The notes: generated by a model from the sequence alone, not told the origin. DNA of 64,000 nt from Candidatus Poribacteria bacterium (GCA_965198235.1 OZ240248.1:3456001-3520000), one strand, 5' to 3'; positions 18,070 to 27,728 are shown, counted from the stretch's first letter. Numbers and translations are program-made.

Positions 18070-18945
18070 ATGTTCAACGCTAATCCTTTCCGCCAGCCAG
18101 GACAATGGTACCGAGGAAATACACATAGTCACAGCACAGAATCCGACGGGCAGCTTCCCATGTCGGACCGGTTCGCAGCATATCGTGAAGCAGGATACGA
18201 TTTCCTTGTGCTAACAGATCACCGTAAGGTTAACGATGTAAGTGCTTACAGTACGTCGGATTTTTTGGCAATATCAGGAAGCGAAGTACATCCATCCAAT
18301 CCTTATGGAGGTGCGACGTATCACTTTGTCGCCATTAATATTCATGAGGCAGTGAATTGCGCAAAGATGCACCCGAACGCAGTGATTGATGAAATTAAAG
18401 CGCAGGGGGGTGAAGCCGTTTTGTGTCATCCCTATTGGTGCGGTCACACGATTACAGATTATTTACCGTTGCGTGGTTATTTCGCGCTTGAAGTCTACAA
18501 CGACACCTGTATGGGCATTGGCAAGGGCTTTTCCGAGCAGGCATGGGATGATTTGCTGGATAGAGGTGGACCCGTTCTCGGTATCGCCTCGGACGATGCA
18601 CACGGCACCGAACACGACTGCTTTCATGGATGGATTATGGTAAAAACGCAAGAGTTGACGATTGAGGGTATCATGGAAGCACTCCGAACGGGCGCGTTTT
18701 ATTCTACACTTGGACCCGAAATTGAGGATATGGCGTTAGAGGGTAAAGAGTTGACGGTTAAGTGTTCGCCAGCGCAGTCGATTGTTTTTAAAGCGGAATG
18801 CAGTCGCGGTCAGCGAATTCTGCCACCAGAGGGTGAACTCTTGACCGAGGCGACATATAGTATTCCGAACAGCGTGAAATACGTTCGGGTTGAAGTAACA
18901 GATGAAACGGGTAAGAAGGCCTGGTCGAACCCGTTCTTTTTCTAA
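18070..18945 (+). CDS. PHP-domain metallohydrolase (CehA/McbA-like)
   Basis: GNTHSHS..SDG, LTDH, CHPYW, SDDAH, AWSNP; ATG at 18070 after GAAGGA. Confidence 0.88.
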   Translation: MFNANPFRQPGQWYRGNTHSHSTESDGQLPMSDRFAAYREAGYDFLVLTDHRKVNDVSAYSTSDFLAISGSEVHPSNPYGGATYHFVAINIHEAVNCAKMHPNAVIDEIKAQGGEAVLCHPYWCGHTITDYLPLRGYFALEVYNDTCMGIGKGFSEQAWDDLLDRGGPVLGIASDDAHGTEHDCFHGWIMVKTQELTIEGIMEALRTGAFYSTLGPEIEDMALEGKELTVKCSPAQSIVFKAECSRGQRILPPEGELLTEATYSIPNSVKYVRVEVTDETGKKAWSNPFFF

Positions 18946-18979
18946 GACAATACGTCTCGGTGTTTTCATTGGTGTTGTG

Positions 18980-19990
18980 ATGCAAAACATTCTGGTGTGC
19001 CAGACAGGTGGCTGGATCGGTGATATGGTGCTGCTAACCCCCGCGTTGCGCGCCCTAAAGCATGCATCCCCTGAATCCCGTCTGGAGCTTCTACTGCGTC
19101 CTCGCGTCGCAGATTTGATGGAATCGCACCCTTATGTTGATGCCTGCATCGTTGATGAAAAAACAGAAGGACGCTGCCGATCGCTCACGAGGTTAGTACG
19201 TCAAATACGAGATAAATTTTTTGACCATGCTGTCGTGTTGCATCCTACCTCATTCCGAAACGCTTTACTGCCGTTCCTCGCGCGAATTCCCATTCGCGTT
19301 GGTACGAACGTCAGTGGACGTGGAATGTTGCTAACGAAGTCTTGTCGGGATGATACAAACGTCCATGAGGTCCATCGCTATCTACGGGTGCTGCAGCTGC
19401 TGGATATTGATACCACATCGGATGATTTGGAGTTTTGGCATACAGATGCTGACCGGCATTTCATTGAAAATCTCTTGCGTACTGAAGGTGTTTCACTCGA
19501 CGATCGACTGATCGCTGTTAACTTAGGCACAACGTGGACGACAAAACGCTGGGACATCGTAAATTTCACCGAGGTTATCCAACAAATTACACGCCTTGTC
19601 CAAGAAGCGAAGATTGTATTGACAGGTTCACGCGCTGAGCAGACACTTACAGAAGCATTACCTGCCTCGTTACCGATAATTAATCTCGTCGGAAAGACAT
19701 CGATTCTGCAGCTTGGTGCGTTGTTAGAAAGGTGTGAAGTGTGTTTAACCTGTGATAGCGGTCCTATGCACATCGCCGCCGCGGTCAGCACACCAACGGT
19801 AGCCCTCTTCGGTCCGACGGATCCGACGCGACATCGTCCTTACGGTATTGGGCATACGGTCATTGAGAAGCCGGTCTCGTGTCGTCCGTGCTACAAGCGG
19901 TCGTGTTATCGACAAGACGCACCACACCTCTGCATGCAAGAAATCGGAACACGTGAAGTCGTAAAAGCGGTAGAGACAAGATTGTATTAG
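18980..19990 (+). CDS. waaF: GT9 lipopolysaccharide heptosyltransferase II-like
   Basis: WIGDMVLLTPAL, KRW, GKTS, DSGPMHIAAA..TPTVALFGPT, CRPC. Confidence 0.8.
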   Translation: MQNILVCQTGGWIGDMVLLTPALRALKHASPESRLELLLRPRVADLMESHPYVDACIVDEKTEGRCRSLTRLVRQIRDKFFDHAVVLHPTSFRNALLPFLARIPIRVGTNVSGRGMLLTKSCRDDTNVHEVHRYLRVLQLLDIDTTSDDLEFWHTDADRHFIENLLRTEGVSLDDRLIAVNLGTTWTTKRWDIVNFTEVIQQITRLVQEAKIVLTGSRAEQTLTEALPASLPIINLVGKTSILQLGALLERCEVCLTCDSGPMHIAAAVSTPTVALFGPTDPTRHRPYGIGHTVIEKPVSCRPCYKRSCYRQDAPHLCMQEIGTREVVKAVETRLY

Positions 19991-20037
19991 AAGGATTGTG
20001 TTGTTTAAACATAAAACTAACAAAAAGGGAAGAGTGA

Positions 20038-20787
20038 ATGAAGGACATCCGCGCATTGGTATTCGATTTCGGTGGAACTTTAGATGGAAATGGTGTCCAT
20101 TGGTTGGAACGAACGTATCAGTTTATCCGCGAACGGCATCCTGAGATTACGCGTGAGGCCTTCGACGTAGCGGATAAAGCAGCGGTAACAGCATTTGCAC
20201 TCGATGATACTTCTGTTGAGTGGTCTTACCAAGACGGTTCGATGTTACCCGTCGGTGCGGTCGCAAGTGAAACTGCAGCGCGTTGTTCATTGCGAGAAAC
20301 GGCTGATGCAATTGCAGTGGAAATTTATGAGCGGCTTGGGTTAAGCGAGAGAATGAAAGACGCGTACGTCGCGTGGTTCTGCGAGGGTGCCGCTAAAAGC
20401 CTCGCAGAGAATCGGCGATGGCTTGAGACACTTCATGGCACCTATCAGCTCGCTGTGATTAGTAATAACTTTGGGAACACCCGCGGGTGGTGCGATGAAT
20501 ATGGACTCTCACCGTTGCTTGAGGTGATTATAGATTCGACAGTTTTGGGTATAGCGAAGCCGGACGCTCGCATATTTGAGGCGGCTTTGTCGGAATTGGG
20601 AGTTATGCCGAGTCAAGCTATCTACGTTGGGGATAGTTACGCTGCAGATATGGTTGGTGGTAAGAATGCAGGCATGTGGACTGCGTGGCTTGTTGGAGAT
20701 CAGATGAAAGCGTGTCCAGATCTCTCTATGGTAGATGTTCAGCTCTCTCATCTGCACGAATTGACGGGTTTTCTGGAGGGAAAATAA
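20038..20787 (+). CDS. HAD-superfamily hydrolase
   Basis: FDFGGTL, ISN, KPDARIF, VGDS..DMVGG motifs. Confidence 0.88.
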   Translation: MKDIRALVFDFGGTLDGNGVHWLERTYQFIRERHPEITREAFDVADKAAVTAFALDDTSVEWSYQDGSMLPVGAVASETAARCSLRETADAIAVEIYERLGLSERMKDAYVAWFCEGAAKSLAENRRWLETLHGTYQLAVISNNFGNTRGWCDEYGLSPLLEVIIDSTVLGIAKPDARIFEAALSELGVMPSQAIYVGDSYAADMVGGKNAGMWTAWLVGDQMKACPDLSMVDVQLSHLHELTGFLEGK

Positions 20788-20858
20788 AATTTTCAGAAGG
20801 TAATGGGCAGACACCTCGTTCCGCCCATTAGATTGTGTTGTTCGGATGCGGGACATTG

Positions 20859-21524
20859 CTACATTTCTCGATGAAGACCGATCACTTTACCGAGTATCAT
20901 TACGTTCTTGACATCGAAGATGCTCGGTTCAATCGATGGATTTTCCGGTTGCAACCGGACTTGGTCGCCATCAATAAAGAAGCGTTTCACCGTTGCTTCG
21001 TCTTCAACCAGCGCGACGACAATATCACCCGGATCGGCATTTGATTGTCTTCTAACAATGACAAAATCACCGTCCAGAATTCCCACGCCGATCATGCTCG
21101 ATCCGATGATGCGGAGTGCAAAGCACTCGTAGTCGTTAAGCATGCGCGTCGGCATTGGAAGTGTGCCTTCAATATTCTGTGATGCGAGGAGCGGTTCGCC
21201 TGCTGCTACGCGTCCAAAAATCGGGATCTCTGTAACATTCCGTTGCACTTCCGCCAAAGCCAGATTTGCGTTCTGCCCTTCCAGCCATTTGCTGGTTGCA
21301 AGCTTCGGATCTGCCTCTTTTAAAATGGAGATTGCGCGTGGTTTACCATCTTCCCGGCTGATGTACTTTTTTTTCTCAAGTGCATTGAGATGGTCATGTG
21401 CCGCCTTTTCTGAAAAGCCAAATTGGCTACCTATCTCGCGAATCGTCGGTGGGTAGCCCTCCTTGATACGTGTCTGAATATAGGTGAAAATCTCGCGTTG
21501 TCTACCTGTCAAGGTCTTTGCCAT
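20859..21524 (-). CDS. lexA: SOS repressor LexA
   Basis: LT.RQ..I, YPPTIREI, GRVAAG cleavage site, GSSM catalytic Ser, EATVKRF catalytic Lys. Confidence 0.95.
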   Translation of the reverse strand: MAKTLTGRQREIFTYIQTRIKEGYPPTIREIGSQFGFSEKAAHDHLNALEKKKYISREDGKPRAISILKEADPKLATSKWLEGQNANLALAEVQRNVTEIPIFGRVAAGEPLLASQNIEGTLPMPTRMLNDYECFALRIIGSSMIGVGILDGDFVIVRRQSNADPGDIVVALVEDEATVKRFFIDGDQVRLQPENPSIEPSIFDVKNVMILGKVIGLHREM

Positions 21525-21702
21525 GAGTCTATCTCCTATAGTAAGCATTAGTTTATATTTATATATTATGCTATATTCAGTTTAAAAATGCAAGGAAAAA
21601 ATTAATCTTTTATTTCCCGCATTGAAACTGGCGGGTTATAAGAGAATTGAAACCGAATGGAGCTGTTAACGTCTTAATTGAATTAAAGGAAGAATTTGGA
21701 AA

Positions 21703-22356
21703 ATGCAAAGTCTAAGTTGTTTTGCGCGTTTTTTCGCTAAACACAACCTTGCCGTTTTGATAATTGCTTCGGTTATCGGGGTTATAGGTGTAGGGTTTGC
21801 GAAAGAGAAGGCAGAGAAGGTTGAGCTTGACACCATTGTCAAGGACTTTACGCTCAAGGATGCTGGTGGCACCTCTCATGCTCTGTATAAACTCAGTGAA
21901 GAGAAACCTGCCACAGTTATTCTGTTCCTCGCTACGCAATGCCCAATAGCAACAGACTATGCGGAGCGAATCGTTGCCTTAGTCAAGACTTATGATGAAA
22001 AGAGCGTGCAATTTATCGGAATAAATTCAAATAAACAAGAGAAGGTCGAAGAGATTACGGAATACAGTGAGAAGCACGGCTTTGAATTTCCTGTGCTAAA
22101 AGACCCGGAGAACAAAATTGCTGATTATTTCGGCGCGAGAAGGACACCAGAAGTCTTTCTTCTTGACGCGGAACGTGTCCTGCGCTACGTAGGCGCAATT
22201 GACAATAGTCCGAAGGAGCCTACGAAAAGTTATCTTCAAGACGCTTTGGATTTGGTAATCACCGGGAAAGATATTCCAAAATCATCCAAAAAGACAAGAG
22301 CCGTCGGATGTACGATTAAACGAATTCGGAAAACGGATGTAGATAGAACGCCGTGA
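21703..22356 (+). CDS. Exported thioredoxin-fold redoxin (AhpC/TSA-like)
   Basis: DFTLKD, FLATQCP, GINSN, FPVLKD, TPEVF, YVGAID, AVGCTIK. Confidence 0.85.
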   Translation: MQSLSCFARFFAKHNLAVLIIASVIGVIGVGFAKEKAEKVELDTIVKDFTLKDAGGTSHALYKLSEEKPATVILFLATQCPIATDYAERIVALVKTYDEKSVQFIGINSNKQEKVEEITEYSEKHGFEFPVLKDPENKIADYFGARRTPEVFLLDAERVLRYVGAIDNSPKEPTKSYLQDALDLVITGKDIPKSSKKTRAVGCTIKRIRKTDVDRTP

Positions 22357-22414
22357 ATTCCAACCGCAACCCTTGATCTCTTCGTTGAGCGTCACGCAGG
22401 GAGCGAAAAGACAA

Positions 22415-24880
22415 ATGCTTCGGTTTTTATATCATCTTTTTCAGGCAGTGTTAACGCTATTTTGGTTTGTAGGTATATGCGTGTTTCTGGCGGTTTTTGC
22501 TGGCATTGGGTTTGCAGGCGGCATGTTGCTCGCGTGTTGGGAAGATGTCCGAGACATCGACCTATATCGACTTGAATACGATGCCGATATCCAGACGTGG
22601 CGGCAGCATCTGGAGGTTTACTCTGCAGTCTGCAAAGTGCAGGAAACTGATAAAATCGCGTTTTTGCTCGATAAATTGGAACGTTTGGAGTACAAGAAAG
22701 TTGCGGAACTCATTCCGAGGTTGAGTGCTCCAGGAGAGTATGCAGTCGCAACGGACGGAACCGTTCGTATCCATCTGCGGGATTTTGAGTATCCGAATCT
22801 TGATGTAAAGGCGGGACACGTTCGGATTTCAGTTAAGGATGGGAAAATTGCCGCCATCCGGAATGCGAATAATTCTGTGCGCCAGAATTTCTATCTTGAA
22901 CCCGAGAAAATCGGCGAGTTTGCTGATGATGAAGGTTCCACGCGTCGTCTCATTCCGCTACTGCAAATGCCTGACAAGCTCACAGGGGCATTCACTGCTA
23001 TTGAGGATCGGCGATTTTCTGAACATTGGGGAATTGATCTGATACGTCTCGCCGGGGCGTTCAAAAACAACCTGTTGCACGGCAGTCGCTTGGCTGGGAC
23101 CAGCACATTGACCCAACAATTGGCACGAAATATCTATCTTTTCGATCAGCGATCGGACAGAAGCGTGATTCGGAAGGCAAGAGAGATACTGCTCGCTGTG
23201 AAAATTGAGAAAGCTTTCTCTAAAGACGAGATTTTTGAACGCTATCTGAACCACGTTGATTTAGGGAGGTCGAGGTATGGCGGAAAAACGTATCATGGCG
23301 TTCAGCAAGCGGCACTCGGATATTTCGGGAAAGAGGTCTCGGAACTGAACTATCACGAGTGTGCATTGCTCGCAGCACTTCCGAAAGGTCCCTACGCTTT
23401 TTCACCGTTTTCCAACCCGGAAAGAGCGCTAAATCGACGGAATATCGTACTCGACCAGATGTTTGAGCAGGCTTATATCACTACTGTACCTGAATGGCGT
23501 ACAAGCCGAGATGCCCCACTCCTCCCGCCAAACCTGCCCAGAAAAGCGACAAGAACAGCACTGAAAGCGGCTGGACACTTTCTTGACTACGTCCATGAAG
23601 AACTCGTTCGACTGCCTGAACTTAAAGATAATTTGTATAGTGGTGGATTAAAAGTTTACACCACGATAGATATGTCCATGCAAGCCGTTGCGGAAAGAGA
23701 GGTCGCCAAGCACCTCCGCGTGATGGATAAAACATACGGTGGTCGGCGTCTACCCGATTACGATACCAATAAGCGGAATCCACACGGCATCGATCCGATT
23801 AATGATTACTTGCAGGCGGCGCTTATTGCTTATGAACCAAAAACGGGACACATTAAAGCGATGGTCGGTGGTAGGAATTACAACATTACAGCGAATAAGA
23901 TAAATTTCTATAATCGAGTTGTTGGCACTGCAAGACGACAACCCGGTTCTGCATTTAAACCGATTGTTTTTGCGGCATTGTTAGAAGAACCTGCGATTGT
24001 GACACCCACGACGATTATTGTTGATGAGGAATGGGGAATACTTCCTTTCCCTGGACAGCCGATGTGGTATCCTCGTAATTATAGTAAATGGTTTAAGGGC
24101 AAAGTTACCGTGCGCGATGTGCTTACGAGTTCAATTAACGTGCCGACAGCTAAAGCCATGTTGGGCACACCGATAGCTGAAAACGGTAAATGGGAAGGGC
24201 TAAATCGTGTTGTGGATTTGAGCAGGAGAATGGGCATTAAAAGTCCATTGGATCCAGTGCCGGCTCTCTCTTTAGGCGCGTCTAGTGTAACAGTCCTTGA
24301 ACTCACCTCCGTGTATGGTATCTTCGCAAACGGTGGTGTCCAGACGAAACCGGTGCATATTCAGTACGTGCTGGACACAGCGGGGAGAACTATTTATACT
24401 TCTGATAACCGTCAGGATAAACGGACCCGTGTCTTAGATGAAAAAGTCGCATATCAGATTACCTCGTTTTTGGGGAGTGTGATTCAGGATGGCACAGGTG
24501 GGCGCGCGAAGCGGATGGGACTGACTCGACCGGCAGCGGGTAAAACAGGGACTACCAATGAAAACGTAGACGCTTGGTTTGTCGGTTATACCGCAGATCT
24601 TGTTGTCGGTGTTTGGGTTGGATTCGATAAGAATCGGTCGACTCGTCGTAACTACAATCAGGAAGGTGCCAAGGCAGCACTGCCGATCTGGGCACAATTT
24701 ATGATTGATGCCGCTCGAGGTCCAAAAAAACCGTTCTCTGTTCCGAAAGGTATTGTTTTTCGAGAGGTAGATAAAAAGAGTGGGCTTCTGAAAAAGATTG
24801 GTAGATGTCCAGAGGAGAACATTAGCACGGAACCCTTCATCGAAGGACAGGAACCTGTCCGACTTTGCACGCTCCATTGA
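22415..24880 (+). CDS. Class A penicillin-binding protein (transglycosylase/transpeptidase, PBP1A/1B-like)
   Basis: IEDRRF, STLTQQLARN, RKAREI, YLN; SAFK, SIN and KTGT transpeptidase motifs. Confidence 0.92.
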   Translation: MLRFLYHLFQAVLTLFWFVGICVFLAVFAGIGFAGGMLLACWEDVRDIDLYRLEYDADIQTWRQHLEVYSAVCKVQETDKIAFLLDKLERLEYKKVAELIPRLSAPGEYAVATDGTVRIHLRDFEYPNLDVKAGHVRISVKDGKIAAIRNANNSVRQNFYLEPEKIGEFADDEGSTRRLIPLLQMPDKLTGAFTAIEDRRFSEHWGIDLIRLAGAFKNNLLHGSRLAGTSTLTQQLARNIYLFDQRSDRSVIRKAREILLAVKIEKAFSKDEIFERYLNHVDLGRSRYGGKTYHGVQQAALGYFGKEVSELNYHECALLAALPKGPYAFSPFSNPERALNRRNIVLDQMFEQAYITTVPEWRTSRDAPLLPPNLPRKATRTALKAAGHFLDYVHEELVRLPELKDNLYSGGLKVYTTIDMSMQAVAEREVAKHLRVMDKTYGGRRLPDYDTNKRNPHGIDPINDYLQAALIAYEPKTGHIKAMVGGRNYNITANKINFYNRVVGTARRQPGSAFKPIVFAALLEEPAIVTPTTIIVDEEWGILPFPGQPMWYPRNYSKWFKGKVTVRDVLTSSINVPTAKAMLGTPIAENGKWEGLNRVVDLSRRMGIKSPLDPVPALSLGASSVTVLELTSVYGIFANGGVQTKPVHIQYVLDTAGRTIYTSDNRQDKRTRVLDEKVAYQITSFLGSVIQDGTGGRAKRMGLTRPAAGKTGTTNENVDAWFVGYTADLVVGVWVGFDKNRSTRRNYNQEGAKAALPIWAQFMIDAARGPKKPFSVPKGIVFREVDKKSGLLKKIGRCPEENISTEPFIEGQEPVRLCTLH

Positions 24881-25339
24881 ACAGGCAGAACCTGTCAACG
24901 ACAGCCATCAAAATCTGTCAATGAATGAGAGTGAAACCCAACAGAACCCTTCAGTGAATGGGGAATGACACCCCGAAAATTGTCGCTTTGCTCGAGAATC
25001 AGATCGCCGACGGGACATTAAAATGCGGACACTCGACAGGGCTTTATGGAAGTTTCCTTATACCGAAGAAGGAAAGGTGCTCTTTGCAAAAGAATCGACA
25101 CCCTGAAAAGGTCCCCGCGGCAGCGAAACCAGAATAGACAGATTTGAGATACATGAGCAAAAGCCAACACTACTTCCAAGCCCTGATTTGATAGTCAGAT
25201 ATAGGATTGACCTGCATGGGTAAAATCAAACGCTCTCCTAAATCCGCCCGATTTCCAACCTCCGGAATCGGGCATCACATTTTTTGAGGTTGACACCCAA
25301 GCGCAAATATGATTTACTATCTCCAAAAGGAGACATCCG

Positions 25340-25666
25340 ATGAAAACCATTCTCGCTCTCTCAATACTGTTCTGTACGATCGCCTGGTTTCCAGTTCGTG
25401 CCGAACTAACGAAGACGGATTTAGAGAAGATCCGTCAGATATTTCGAGAGGAATTTCGAGAAGAATTGGGAAAAATCGCCATAGATCCTATAGACACCAG
25501 TCTTGGTGAAATAGAAGCGACCTTTGATGAGATAGACACGCACTTTGATAGCATCAATCGGAACCTCGATCGGATGCAAATTATGCTTTGGATTGCTACG
25601 GTTCTGGTCGTGGTTGCCGGGGTTTTTAATTGGACATATGTTTTCAAATCGTGGCGTTCGCGATAG
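25340..25666 (+). CDS. Small exported coiled-coil protein with C-terminal TM helix (paralogue 1)
   Basis: MKTILALSILF signal, AELT..DLEKIR, heptad-like core, C-terminal hydrophobic helix; AGGAG RBS. Confidence 0.8.
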   Translation: MKTILALSILFCTIAWFPVRAELTKTDLEKIRQIFREEFREELGKIAIDPIDTSLGEIEATFDEIDTHFDSINRNLDRMQIMLWIATVLVVVAGVFNWTYVFKSWRSR

Positions 25667-25726
25667 GGTTTCCGTTGAATCAAAAAGCGACTTGCCCTTT
25701 TACCCCCGAATGTTGTATAATATGAT

Positions 25727-25808
25727 CCAGTTTTGGGTGGCACTGCAAAGCTTGCTGCAAGACATGTCTGCCACCCTCCCACCTTTGCAGGGGGATAAAT
25801 CAAACTGG
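25727..25808 (+). ncRNA. Candidate structured leader RNA (three stems plus possible kissing loop)
   Basis: Follows TATAAT (25716-21); CCAGTTT/AAACTGG, GGGTGGCA/TGCCACCC, TCCC/GGGA, loop segments CTGCAAAG and CTTTGCAG complementary. Confidence 0.45.
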
Positions 25809-25822
25809 AACTGGAACACCCC

Positions 25823-26182
25823 ATGAAAACGATACTCGCGCTCTCGATACTCTTTTCTGTGATCGCTTTACCCGTTTTCGGTGAGTTAACCGCTGAAGAC
25901 CTGGAAAAGATACGTGAGATCGTCAAATCGTCAGAAACCGAGTTAAAGTCAGATATTGAGAAAATTAACTCAAAAATTGATGCCATAGATACGCGCCTTC
26001 GGACTGTGGAAACAGGTGTTGCGGAATTGCGAGGACGCAACATTGGCGTTTCCGTCCTAAAGGATTGGCTTGTCGTCATCTGTGCGGTTGCTGCTATCAT
26101 CATCTCAATCATTTCTTTACGCAAAGCACAAACGGCTATCTCACCAACCGCACAGGACACCCCCAAAACAGTGTCTCAATAA
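25823..26182 (+). CDS. Small exported coiled-coil protein with C-terminal TM helix (paralogue 2)
   Basis: MKTILALSILF…GELTAEDLEKIR, shares its N-terminus with 25340-25666. Confidence 0.8.
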   Translation: MKTILALSILFSVIALPVFGELTAEDLEKIREIVKSSETELKSDIEKINSKIDAIDTRLRTVETGVAELRGRNIGVSVLKDWLVVICAVAAIIISIISLRKAQTAISPTAQDTPKTVSQ

Positions 26183-26199
26183 AGGCGAGGTATCCAACC

Positions 26200-26940
26200 A
26201 TGAAAGGCACACGTCCCCTCGATAACCACGAAATCCGCAGAGTATCCGCATGTTTCACCGGCACGTTTGAAGCTCGCAATCGCGGGCTTTTCATGCTCGG
26301 CGTTTCAACTGGTGGACGCATCTCTGAACTGCTCAGCCTAACCATCGGCGATGTCTACCAGAACCGTGCCGCGGTCACCGATCTGCTCTACGATAAATTC
26401 ATTGTGAAAGGTGGGGAAGTCTCCAGAGTCGTGCCTGTCAACAAAGACGGCAGACTCGCGATTGACGCGCTCATTGCTTGGCACCGCAAGCAATACGGAA
26501 ACACCAAAGCCAACCGTCCCCTGTTCCCATCGAGAAACGGACACGGAAACCCACAACGGATGTCGCGACGAACCGCACACGATGTCTTGAAAAAGGCGTT
26601 TGAGGCAGCCGGACTCAACGGACACCTCGCCACACACAGCCTACGAAAAAGTTTTGCGCAGCGACTCTACGACCGCACCGGTGATATTTTCGCCGTCCAG
26701 GAAATGTTAGGGCATAAAAACGTCGCGACAACCCAGAAATACTTGAGGGTCAACTACGCCTCCGTTCGGGAAGCACTCGAGGAAATGGCGGTGTCTGGTG
26801 AACTGCACACAATCTACCAAACGCATAACTTGCTGAATACAATTGATGAAGATGCGTCTTTATCGGAGCTGGCATGTCGTGGTCACGACATCTTCAGACT
26901 ACGGGGTGAGGTGACGCCTGCAGAGATTCCCAAGATCTGA
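26200..26940 (+). CDS. Tyrosine recombinase/integrase (catalytic domain only)
   Basis: TGGRISELL (R), K, HSLRKSF (H-x-x-R), LGH...TQKY (H/Y); ATG at 26200 with GAGG RBS. Confidence 0.92.
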   Translation: MKGTRPLDNHEIRRVSACFTGTFEARNRGLFMLGVSTGGRISELLSLTIGDVYQNRAAVTDLLYDKFIVKGGEVSRVVPVNKDGRLAIDALIAWHRKQYGNTKANRPLFPSRNGHGNPQRMSRRTAHDVLKKAFEAAGLNGHLATHSLRKSFAQRLYDRTGDIFAVQEMLGHKNVATTQKYLRVNYASVREALEEMAVSGELHTIYQTHNLLNTIDEDASLSELACRGHDIFRLRGEVTPAEIPKI

Positions 26941-27004
26941 TAACTTAAGGTGGAAATTGAATTGTTGAACCTAACGTTTGTTCTGTTCTGGCGACGTATT
27001 TTTT

Positions 27005-27131
27005 TATGGTAGATTTTGGAATTAATTAGACACTCTCAAGAGGCGAGGTTACAAACCTCGCCAGCGGCGGTGGGGCGCGTTTCGGGTCTATAATCCACTG
27101 AAGTGTCTATGTGTTTTTAGAATTCACCATA
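27005..27131. mobile_element. MITE of the TATGGTGAATT family, with an internal GCGAGGTT-ACA-AACCTCGC palindrome
   Basis: Ends TATGGTAGATT ... AATTCACCATA; right arm is similar to the reverse complement of the 8155 and 51925 left arms. Confidence 0.75.
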
Positions 27132-27185
27132 GTTGCCTTATTTTGGCAGAAACGATTTCGTGTCTCTAACCTGAAAGGAAACCTG

Positions 27186-27402
27186 GTGAAAAACAATTAT
27201 AGCTCCTGTGTATTTCACAAGCGAAGCGGAGGCACTCGCGTTTAGGAACATGGCATATGAAAGGCTTATAGCGGCATTGGACTACGAAATCGAACGTAAA
27301 AGATTACGTATCAAAGTTGGATGGGGTTTGTCCGGCACACCCAAAGAATATCATGGTGTCGCTTTTCATCTAAGCCTATTCTGCGAGGATGTAGAGGAAT
27401 AG
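27186..27402 (+). pseudogene. Small hypothetical ORF, probably frameshifted just after a GTG start
   Basis: GAAAGGA RBS and GTG at 27186 are out of frame by 1 nt with the 27208-27402 ORF (A-run). Confidence 0.3.
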
Positions 27403-27525
27403 ATTTGCGATATTCAGTTATAAATCTCACGATACTCAGTCCCTGCAATATAGTCCTGAGATAGCACCAGAGCCATTCAGTTTTCGGTTTTCTGAGTCCA
27501 TTATCAGGAATAGGGGCGCGATGCT

Positions 27526-27647
27526 ATCCTCAAGAATCGGGGTTACAAACCCCTCCCACAAAAGTAATCCTCAAGAATCGGGGTTACAAACCCCTCCCAC
27601 AAAAGTAATCCTCAAGAATCGGGGTTACAAACCCCTCCCACAAAAGT
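27526..27647. repeat. Three identical tandem 41-bp REP-type units
   Basis: ATCCTCAAGAATCGGGGTTACAAACCCCTCCCACAAAAGTA x3 at 27526/27567/27608; no spacers; GGGGTT-ACA-AACCCC palindrome next to a TGTGGGAG foot on the minus strand. Confidence 0.95.
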
Positions 27648-27728
27648 GATTCGTGACAATTGAATGCCTCTGGAGATAACACAAATCTCTCTACACATTT
27701 TTGGCGGAGTATGGTATACTATATAAAA

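Noticed and set aside
24881-25290. Possible ncRNA or gene after the PBP
   Set aside because: No sustained ORF or convincing fold; it looks like eroded coding sequence plus one REP-like hairpin
25435-26166. 243-aa minus-strand ORF
   Set aside because: It is the antisense shadow of the two plus-strand paralogues, which have signal peptides and mutual homology
25340-26940. Integron with gene cassettes
   Set aside because: The recombinase is short, co-oriented with the small genes and lacks a recognisable IntI insertion; no attC structures were found
27526-27647. Possible CRISPR array
   Set aside because: The units are directly adjacent and identical with no spacers, and no cas genes are present; this is a tandem REP
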